Source: Ptychomitrium polyphyllum
Taxonomy: Eukaryota
DNA: 64,000 bases
NCBI GenBank assembly: GCA_973851085.1
Contig: OZ316775.1
Coordinates: forward strand, 4,774,001 to 4,838,000
Direction: 5' to 3'
The notes under the pieces are model-generated. The model saw only the letters and a list, made by a program, of their open reading frames with translations, had not been told where the DNA came from and did not search any database. The position numbers and the translations under genes were made by a program. Shown here in pieces: positions 39,537 to 49,902 of the stretch (position 1 is its first letter; each line of letters opens with the position of its first letter).

Positions 39537-40315
39537 TGAGGACATCAATCTCTTTAAGTAGGGGGAGAGTGGCTTGTAGTTATAACTTCCTCACATCATG
39601 TATTGGTTCTTTGACTTATGGCAATAAAGTTCAACTTTTGTTTGTGCAAAGAGAAGAGTAAAATAAGATGACGTCCTAATCTTGTGCTTGTGCTAAGTTG
39701 GTAGAAGAGGGGGAATAGACATGTAAAACTAAGTTGGGAAGGCCGAGTAATGGGGACCAAGGCTTGGAGGAGGAATGGTTAAAACCATGAAACCTCCTTG
39801 CCTCGGGCTTGTCCGGGCGAGGACAAGGTAATGGCGCGTGCTCATAAAAATCGCCAATCCTACAAACTAACAAAAGTTAGTGCATGGGAGTCATGAACCC
39901 ATGTCTCAATAGAGATAATGGGATCCAGGTTGGGCGGAACTTGGCATTACCCCCGTGTGATTGAGTCGTGGAATAAAAGCCACCTTGGGTTTGCAACCAA
40001 GACAACTTGGTGGAGCATTGTCGTCCAGCCTAGTCAGAGAGGAGGAGTTAGGGCAGTGTAGCCTAACTAGGGAGTGTATCCCGAGAGGGTCTCAAAGTAG
40101 GTAGGTCTAAAGTAGTTTAGGGCTCCAGAGATATTTGTCTAGGGTGCCTAAACAGACCACCTCCTAAACGACACCTTTGAGACTTTGCCAAAGACATATG
40201 AGTGCATTGTGGAGGTCGCACCCTCGATGAAACACAATGCTGCACTACTAGAGGATGGCAACCTTGGAATTGGTGTGCCGACTACAAGTATAGTCGATGA
40301 GGGCATCGATTCCAT

Positions 40316-40330
40316 TTGGGTGGAGGTGAG
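40316..40330 (+). promoter_or_regulatory. Polypurine tract
   Basis: gggtggaggtgag immediately before the 3' LTR TGT. Confidence 0.7.
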
Positions 40331-41474
40331 TGTCGCGCACCTCTCCTTGAGGAGTGCCCACAATACTAAGGGCACAAGGGGGATCCCGAAGTGACATCCG
40401 GAACTTGTGGCGCCGATAGTGAGGGAAACCAAGTGGGCTTTGCGTGGAAAGAACTCCTAGGGAGAGAAACATCCTTGCCCATGCAGATCGAGGGCCACAA
40501 GGGATAGATCTTTGGCATTGGAGGAATCACAAAGAGTTGATTCTAGAATGCTAAAGATTGTCCAAATCGGACAAGGAAGCTAAAAATTATGGCATCCCAA
40601 AGTTGGGGTTGCCAAAGGGCTGTTCTGGAGTGTGGCAGCCCTACACAGTGACTGTGCTGGAATGGGACAGTCCAGGGAGGGACTCCCCGAGAGTCCCGAA
40701 CCTTGGGAGAGGCGTATCTCCCACAATACTAACTCAAATTGGACGTTTGAAGAGTCTATCGGCATCTACGCAAAGAGTAATTGACGATAGAGTGGTTGCT
40801 TGATACGTTCAGGCACCAAATGAGGAAGACATGGCTCCTTGAGGGTCCGTTGGGAGTCTTGGATGCTTCCAGCGGCTAGTTCCAAGGGAGATCGGATGGT
40901 CTTCCAAAACTCTAGGTGTGTCGGGGTTCAGCCAGCTATAGAGGGCCAGGGGGCCAACCAAATGCCACAGAGAGTACTATAAAGGAGGACTGGTCCCCCT
41001 CCCCACTTCCCTACTGTCCTGGTAGAGACCAAGGGTGAGTCCCGGTTGGTGGAGCTAGTGTTGGGGCTTCACCACGGGAACTCCCACACCATTGTGAGCC
41101 GGTGGACGGCCGGTTTCACAGAGGAAACTAGCACGTTCAAAAGGGTACGCTTGTTACCACTAAGTTGGGGTGGTGTCTTCACACCGGCACCATGATGGCC
41201 CGAGGTGATCTTAGGATTGCATGGAGATTATGAGTGGTGGTGAGGAGATACCACTAAGTGCGGTTAGGCCGTGTAGATTGGGAGTAACACCAAGTGAGGC
41301 CTTGGACATGAATGGAAGTCCGCACCTAACCATTGGCTACTAATAAATTGGGGGTCCTAAGAAAAATGGTAGAAAGACTTGGAAAGTGAGAATGGGGGTT
41401 AATCATGTGCATGTGGGAGTGTACAGGGTTGATGCGCGTGATGCTTGCTAAGGTGCATTACAAGGGTTGCGACA
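40331..41474 (+). repeat. 3' LTR
   Basis: tgtcgcgcacctct ... gggttgcgaca. Confidence 0.95.
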
Positions 41475-42761
41475 GTGGTTGTAGGACTTGTATTTTTTAA
41501 AACAATCTTTAGAATTTAAAAATAGAACGCTAGTGTTTAATGTAAATTCTACATGTTAATTGGTCATCAAATATCTTTATATTCACATTATATGTGTCTT
41601 TTAAATTATTTTGAAGATGTTAGAGACATGCTATCCATTTAGTTAGTGTGATGTTTCAATATAATAAATGACAATGTATATGTATGAAAAAACATCACAA
41701 CAAGTTTTATGATTTATGAAAAAGATGGATCTTGTAATTGATAATGAATAATAGCAATTAGACCATTGTATGTTAGTCATTTAGCATTTGTATTGCATCA
41801 ATGATAAAAACAAAATTATATTGATATTAGGCTATATTAAAAAGTCTTGTAGTTTTATGGTTAAAAGATCTATATGCTATCAAAATAAAGCCTGCTTTCA
41901 AGTTCTTAGGTTGTATTTGAAAGCTTATTGAACGTTTTTATTGTAGGTTGGATTCATTGAAGCAACTCTCTGTAAGCATTTAAACAACCAATGTAAACAC
42001 CTTGTTAAATAACAGATCTATTTTGCAAGAATCTACACACACATCAATGATATGTACCTTTATTTTGTCAGGTGAAAGATCTGTTTACTTTGCAAGGATC
42101 AATGATAGATGTAGATATGAATGATAGGTGCATTCACCTTTTCAAATGATAAATCTCCTTGTATTCAAAATGTCAGTGATGGATACACTTGTTGTGGCAT
42201 GTGGTGGATATATGTCTTTTTTAGATGTTAATGATGGATACACATATTGTGTCAACATGAGTAGTAGGTATTTTTATATAGGAAGATGATATATCCACTT
42301 ATACTATCATTGATAATATGTGCACATGCCAGAAGTTCTTCTAAAACCATAGGAGAAGTATTAAAATTGTACATTGTTCCAAAACGCTATAAATGATGTG
42401 GAATAGGCAGTTGCGTGTTCCTTTTTTATGCAATTTCTCAATATTTGGACTATAAGCTATAAAATTTGGTAATTGATTGTCCACCTCCATTTTGTTCTTT
42501 AGTTTGATACATGAAATGGTTTCTTGGACATTGCATGTGCACTTTTGATAGAAACGTCAATACCTACTTTGCAAACTAGTGGATCCACTTACTATATAGT
42601 TGGCAATTAAAAATACATTTGGTCTCTTTTTACCAATATTGGTGCATACTAATGGAAAATTAACCCATTAGTTGTCCTCAAATTACATACTGCACATTCC
42701 TCTCTCCTCATGCTTACCATGTTTATAATCCATAGACTATGACATTTGCATTTAGTGCATG
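41475..42761. repeat. Right arm of palindrome, segment 2
   Basis: Reverse complement of ~6965-8252; nearly identical in the middle, with mismatches at both ends. Confidence 0.93.
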
Positions 42762-43927
42762 TGTTGCAACCCTTGTAATGCACCTTAACAAATGTCATGC
42801 TCGTGAACCTTGTACATCCCCACGTGCACATAATTAACTCCCATTACTCACTCTCCAAGTCCCAAGCTTGGTTTCCAATTCCCTCTACCGTTTCTCTTAG
42901 AACACTTAATTGATTGGTAGCCAATGGTTAAATGCGGACTTCCATTCATGTCTAAGGCCTCACTTGGTGTTACTCCCATTCAACACGGCCTAACCGCACT
43001 TAGTGTTGTCTCCTAACCACCACTCATAATCCTCATGTAATCCTAAGATCACCTCGGACCATCATGGTGCCGGGGTGAAGACACCACCCGAACTTAGTAG
43101 TAACAAGCGTGCCATTTTTATCTCACTAGTTTCCTTCATGAAACTGGTCATCCATCAACTCACAATGGTGTGGGAGTCTCCGTAGTGAAGCTCCAACACT
43201 AGCTTCACTAACCAAGACTCATTCTTAGTTCCTATCAAGATACCAGGGGAGTGGAGAGGAGAACTAGCCCTCCCTTATAGTACTTTTTGTGGGATTTAGC
43301 AGGTCTCCTAGTCCTTTGTTGCTGCCTAAACTCTGACACACCCAAAATTTTGGAAGACCACCCGATTTCCCTTGGAACTTAGCTACTGGAAGTTTCCGAG
43401 ACATCTTGTGGACCTTCAGGGAGCCATATCTTCCACGTCTAATGTCCAAATCTATCAAGCGACCACTTTATTGTCATTTGGTCTTTGCGTAGATGCCAAT
43501 AGACTCTTCAAATGTCCGATTTGACTTAGTATTCTGGGAGATATGCCTCTCCCAAGGTTTAGAACTCCTGGGGAGTTCCTCCCTATACTGTTCCAATCCA
43601 GTACAGTCATTGTCTAGGGCTACCACAGTCTAGAACAGCCTCTTGGCAGCCCCAACTTTGAAATGCCATATTTTTTAGTTCCCTTGTCTGATTTGAGCAA
43701 TCTTTAGCATTCTAGAATCAACTCGTCGTGAGTACTCTAATGCCTACAATTTATCCCTCATGGCTCTCGGTCTACATGGGCAAGGATGTTTCTCCCCCTC
43801 AGAATTCTTCCCACGTTAGGCCTACTCGAGCTACTTCACTATTGGCACCACAAGTCTTGGACATCACTCCAAGGTCCCCCTTATGCCTTTAGTGTTGCAG
43901 GCACTCTTCAAGGAGAGGTACACGACA
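42762..43927 (-). mobile_element. Solo LTR of the same Gypsy family, opposite orientation
   Basis: Reverse complement of the LTR over its whole length (tgttgcaacccttg ... ggagaggtacacgaca); perfect TSD GCATG at 42757-42761 and 43928-43932; the left arm has the empty site with a single GCATG. Confidence 0.95.
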
Positions 43928-44357
43928 GCATGCAAGTTCATTACATATATGGCATGGTTTTTCTATTTCAATTACAAATGTTATAGAGCTTTGTTTTGTA
44001 TTCTTATTCCACCATAACACACCCCACCTTTAGTATTCTTTACTTCAACCTTGTTAATTGATCATTGAATCCTTTTCCTATCCTATGGTTATATGATGTT
44101 TGCAACCTTATAATGTGAGCAAAATTCCCAATGTACAATATTAATGCGTAATTGAAGTGTTTAATTAAATGGAACTAACAACCAGCTATTGTTTTTGATA
44201 ATGGACTCTTTATTTTTCATTTCCAATGTGGTTGTATACCATTAGAGATAATAGCATGATATGATATTTTTTTTTTGATTTTCAACATTTGTAGAATCCA
44301 ATAGGCTTTTATTAAATTTGGACTTATCAAAGAATTTTTAAATAACAAAGTTTGTAG
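43928..44357. repeat. Right arm of palindrome, segment 3 (diverged)
   Basis: Reverse complement of ~6550-6965, roughly 10% diverged by eye. Confidence 0.88.
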
Positions 44358-46525
44358 AATGTGTCACAATTTTTTTTTTTTGTGTTTGTATAATTTCATG
44401 GTAATATTCAATCAAATAATGTTTATTTTCTTCTTCTAAAAGGTTGGATTTTAACTTGTGTTGGATGAATCAAGTGTTTATTTTAGCAAAGTACATATAT
44501 ATTCAATCACTAAAGAGTTGACTTGTGCTTATATAATTTGGATTGTTAAATACTTTTGTCTTATTTGACATTTTATCTTTATTAATTTGATAGAACTCAA
44601 TAATTTTTATTAATTTTGAATATAAGGAAGAAGAATCATGTTTATTTGTTTCAATTTTCTTTATGTAGTTGTGTTTAAAAAACTTTGTTGTATATTGGAA
44701 AATATTATATATCAATCTTAGTTGGAGTCAATGTCAAATGTTGTTTAAGATAAATTGTGGTCTTTGAACCCTATTTAATTTTTTTGTGTATATTTGAAAA
44801 ACTTTAGATGGAGTCATCAACATTGCCTTGAAATAAAATGCCTAAAATTCTAAATATTATAAGTGTTAACTACTTGCATGCAAAAGTTAATTAGTAAGTT
44901 CAAAAAATTTCTAAATTTTGAATTTAAGAAATTCATTTTTTTTCAAATCAAAAGTTGAATTCTAAGATCCTAAGGATTGAAGTTCTTTTTATTAACAACA
45001 CCAATTATTCCTAGAACTATTTGATCCACTTCATTATTTTATATAAACAACTTATCTAGATGAATTTAAGATTGATATATGATCTTTTATGAACAAGCAC
45101 GTCCATTCATATAATATCTACCCGTTTAATTTTCAAACTCCTAATTATCTATCTTCTAAGTGCATCTAAGTGCATCTACATTGACTAAAGAATCAACCAA
45201 CAATCAAGGGATTAGTATAGCTTTGACAATGACAATTGTAGTTGTGGTACACTAAACTTCACTAAGATCATCACATCAGGTATGCACATAGGGAGTTAAG
45301 TTGGGAACTCATGACCTCCAAGAATACCGCGTGGAACACCTTGTGCCCAAATACTCCCATGCTTCCACCCCCAAAACATGTGCTACTGCTCATGACACAA
45401 GTCAGTTTGTCACAGTTAGAACAAATGCAAGGTTCGGTGAAAAGGCTAAAGAAGGGGTGAACTTTTCTGATACCAATCAACCATATTTTTGGTCGTGACG
45501 GTAGCCCTAGGCAGGCATGAGGATGCGCTTGCACAGAAAACCACTCCTGCGCAGGTTAACGGCAGTGTGTTCCCATTGCCCCAAAACATGGAAACCCGGC
45601 AGTTATAGCAGGGCTCGCCACCAGCGCAGCTATCTATAGAATCATTTCTCCCAACGGATACAAGCGACGCCACCCGACGAACGCCGCTAACGAAATTCCG
45701 CTAAATAATACAACCAAAACTGGATAGATGTCATCCCTCATCCACACTTATCATCCACAACCGTTATCTCATCCAGAAGCGTCGCCCCAAATCTGACCAA
45801 CTGTTGCGTCCCGTCGCTGAGAACCGAACGAATTACGTCGCGAACCGGATAACGTCCGTCAGCTCCGACGATTTCCGTCGAGAGCACTGTGGAGCTCAGG
45901 CTGCTGGGGCGCCCCATAATGCTTGAGGAGTGCGCTAGATTTCCACGCATTGCAAGCTTCCTTCGTTGTTGTGTCGCAGATCTTTTTCTATTGCATTCTA
46001 CCGCTCTTTCTTGTGTTTGTGGTCCTGTGGTTGTGGTCATTTCAGGAACCTGCAGTTCTGGCATGCTGGTGCATGTGTTGGATCAGTTATTGAGCTGACA
46101 GCAGTGGAGCGTGAGCTGGTGTTGCTGAATCTGACAGGGATTCAGAGGCTGAGCTTGGTGCGTTTGGAGCTCTTTGCTGTGGTCCCTGGTTTGGCAGCTG
46201 TGAAGAGTAATGTGTTGTGAGGTGAAGTGCTAGAAGTGCTCGAAGTTGGACAGTTTCTGTGGATGTTGTGTGATGTGTACGTTTGAATGTAGTGCACGAG
46301 GAGGTTTGTGTGACGGAATGAGTTAATGATTCGGTGAATGAATCTGTGTCACTGATCTTGGTTGTGTAGGAGGTCATAGGATTTGGATTCGTGTCCTAGC
46401 TCGAGGTCTCCAGGTGGATTGTTGTGCTTGTATGATGATTGCGGAAGATTATGTTGTGGTGTTCCACTGATCCGTCGTAACTAACATGAAGATCACTCTC
46501 TACTTAGACGCAGTGATTCTTGAAG

Positions 46526-49500
46526 ATGGATGATGGGTACTCGAAATCGGGACGACCGATTAGTCACACTGCCAATGTCATTAGGGGGATCAACTTTCTC
46601 GCTTTGGTGAGTAGAAGTTGTCCTTATAGTGCTCGTTTACTTTTTTGTCCAGAACCACGAAGCTGTTTGTGAAAAGATCCGTCCTTGTTTACAAAGTTGT
46701 GGCTTCCATGGTTTTGAAATTTTAGTAGAATGCTCAGAAGTCTGCGTTGGTGCAAGTCTTTGGGGTTATGGAAATGTCCATTAAACTGAACTTCAACCAT
46801 GACTTTATGTATGAACTATAGTTGGCTTCTCTAGCCCTCATCGCACTAGGCATATGGCTAGCAACAAGACCCGGCGATTGTGAGAAGTATGCGACTATTC
46901 CAGTTTTCCTGATTGGCGCCTCCTTCTTACTTGTGTAAGTCTGTCAGTCTACAATATGGTGTGAAATCTAGTCTGTTTCATCCGCGCTCTGGGACTCTTG
47001 TTCTGATATTTCTGGAATTTTCATACATTCATCTAGCTTCACTGCTGACTAGTGTAGAGGTTAACTTCCACCTTGTGCCTCTCATGAACAGATAGTTTCA
47101 TTCATGTGGCAAAGGTTTTTTCTTTAAATGTTTCTCTTTTATCCTACCTGACATTGCTGTGAACAAACTTTGCAGATCGGCACTGGGTCTCTTTGGTGCT
47201 TGGTTTCTGCTTGTGCCTATCCTCTACACCGTATCCTTTCAGACGGTTTGACAGTCCGGGGCTTAGGTTTTGAGAGATGATTTGATTCTGAAGGTGTTCA
47301 TTTATCCAGGATGTATTGGTTGTTGAGAATTTCGTTTGCATTTTCATGTGATGATTGAGGAAGCTTATCACAACCTGGCTGAACGTTCCCCTTGACCGAG
47401 ATTGGCGCAGTACCTAGTGTTGACTTCTGTGGTGCTGGTCGGGTTTTTGGCATTATCTATATTTTTGTAAGTTACTCCTAACCTTTAGAAACCAAAGGAA
47501 AAGAAGGGCATGGTTTTGGCCTTGAAAATTCTACACGTGTTCACAAGATTTGCTGGGTGTCTCACATACAGAAAACTAGGTGTTTCGTTCAGACGTGATA
47601 GCATTGTGGTCATTCAAAGCTGCACTTTTAATGTGTGTTTGTATGTGTTTTGGTGCCTCAGATTTGTAGTGACAAGTCAAGGAGGAGGGTACAACGTTCC
47701 GGGCCAGACGTAAGTGCTCCTTCTAACCTTTCTTCATTGTATGATGATGGAGTCGGGCAATTTTACTTATTTCCTTTGAAATAACGGAAGAAAGGGTTCA
47801 GTCTAGCATTGAGAACATTACTGTCTTACAGTAACTGCAGTATCCAGATACTTTTGTCTCGTGCATATCGGTGGCGGATGTGTTGGTGGTAGCGCCCGGA
47901 TTATTTTGGATTAGGTGCTTTTCCTGGGACATCCTTGATTTCTTCTGGAAAACCACACTCCTGTCGAACAATCCACATCAAAAATCGCACTCTTCGTCTC
48001 AATTGTGCTTCCTTAGAATTTAGTTGTGGTACAGTTTTATTGGCTGACATCCATGAACACGTATATTTTGTGCAACGCAGCTTTAAGGAGTACAGGTTGG
48101 GTGCATACTCGGACTACGTACAGCATAGGGTATGTGTCTGCTACTTACCCTTCATCTTGCCCTTCCAGTGTTTGCGAGGCATCTAATTTGTCTGATACAG
48201 CATGATTTGATTTTATGCAACCTCCAAAAGAAGTGCCTCTATTTAGAGAAACTTCCGGGATTATTTCTGATAGCGAATCTGATAGCGTAGATGGATTATA
48301 CATTCCGTGGTTCGAAGTTGAGAAGATGTAGGAAGACAGTACTTCCAGGCCACTTATACCTTGCCTTTAAACAACGTGTTCATGTGGATACGCAGTTGGA
48401 TAAGACATCCAATTGGAATCATTTGAAGGCTGTCATTGCTGCAAGCGATACCTGTACAACATTTGATCGAATTTCGGTAGGATGTTTGCTCTTTCTGTTG
48501 TATCGATATCACATGGGTGTTCTCTGGTATACTAGCATTTAACTTTTGCTTCCCGATGGCAAAATAGTTGTCTTTTGTATCCTTGGTTCTACTTCGGTCT
48601 GCTGTCCTTGTGTGGTTTCTTAAACGGGTAACTTAATTCTATTTCCTGCTTTACTATCAATCTCAAGTAATTTGAAGATCAAATACAGGGCAGGCAACAA
48701 ATTTTTTATTGAAAGTGCAACTGAACTTTCTGAAATGAGTTGTTTTTGTGGTTGCAGCCAGTGGATTACTCCTACTCGGACTTAAATCCCTTACAGTCCG
48801 GGTGCTGTCATTGAAAGTGCAACTGAACTTTCTGAAATGAGTTGTTTTTGTGGTTGCAGCCAGTGGATTACCCCTACTCGGACTTAAATCCCTTACAGTC
48901 CGGGTGCTGTCGCCCGCCTGCAGAGTAAGAGCTCGCTAAATTGTAGCTTTTGCTCATTTTTGGAAAATACTCTGCTTGTACAGTTCCCTGGAATGATGCA
49001 TTAGTTCGGATAGTTCGAAAGATTGGAAGTACCTGACATGCCATTATATCATTCTTGACTTTCGTGAGGCATGTCACCAATTTCTCATTTGATATGGTTC
49101 ATATGAATTGATATTCATGCAGGTGCGGCTATTCTATGACTGGTAACGGCACTTTCAGCACAACAAGAGTTCCTCTATCTGACAACCCGGATTGCACGAG
49201 ATACTCCAACGATGACTCAATAAAGTGCTATGACTGTGATTCTTGCAAGTAAGTTTCTCATGTTGCTCAAGCTTGGACTGCAGACTGGGATGTTGCTCTA
49301 CTGTCGCAACAAGGGATTCGTCTTGTGAAGGAAGATGAATTTTTGCCTTTGTAAATCGTTTCTATGAACGTGTGTTATCTCAACATGTAATTTAATGCGC
49401 GGTCAAACCATACTCGTACCCAGCGAAAGTGAAGCTTCTGGGCGACTCGTGAAATAGCTAACTTGTTCCTGAATTTGCTGAATCATACTTGTCGCTGAAT

Positions 49501-49902
49501 CATACTTATTTCGAGTGATTTGGGACACAGGGGTGGAGTGGCACAAGATCTCAAGAAAAGTGGGAGAACTGCAGGCATTGTTACTCTAGTGATATTTGTG
49601 GTACTGGTAAGCTTTTGACTGAACCGAGTTTCCGAATACTCTCTATTATACACTCAATAAGATGCACCCTATCAAATCTTGCTCTTCTCCGGAACTAGAT
49701 CTGATGCTTCCATGGCCCTTCGAAGGGAACTGTAAACGCGTGGGATGTGGCCATACTAAGTTGTGGTCATCTCGTGACTTTTCTGCTAAACTATGTCTCA
49801 CACATCTACTTTGTAACTGCACAGGTTTTCATTTTAGTACTTGCCTGTCACGTGGGACATCGTGTTGCGAGGGCGAACTGGAGGAGAGTAGAAAGACTTT
49901 GA
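46526..49902 (+). CDS. Tetraspanin, TET10-like (copy B), 11 exons
   Basis: Exons start at about 46526, 46822, 47176, 47411, 47662, 48081, 48396, 48860, 49123, 49531 and 49825. MDDGYSKSGRPISH..; QSGCCRPPAECGY; DCTRYSNDDSIKCYDCDSCKGGVA; ends RRVERL-TGA. Same intron positions as copy A. Confidence 0.9.
48708..48911 (+). repeat. 102-bp tandem duplication spanning the intron 7 acceptor and most of exon 8 of tetraspanin B
   Basis: 48708-48809 and 48810-48911 are identical except for one base (tactcc/tacccc). Confidence 0.95.

Larger units (their letters stand above)
33702..41474 (+). mobile_element. Full-length Ty3/Gypsy LTR retrotransposon, chromovirus (Galadriel-like), inactivated
   Basis: Two ~1145-bp TGT..ACA LTRs, tRNA-Met PBS, PPT, gag-PR-RT-RH-IN-chromodomain order, 5-bp TSD gtagt (33697-33701) / gtggt (41475-41479). 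Confidence 0.96.

Noticed and set aside
45466..45475. PBS-like TGGTATCAGA on the minus strand
   Set aside because: Only 10 nt, with no adjacent LTR terminus or recognisable gag sequence.
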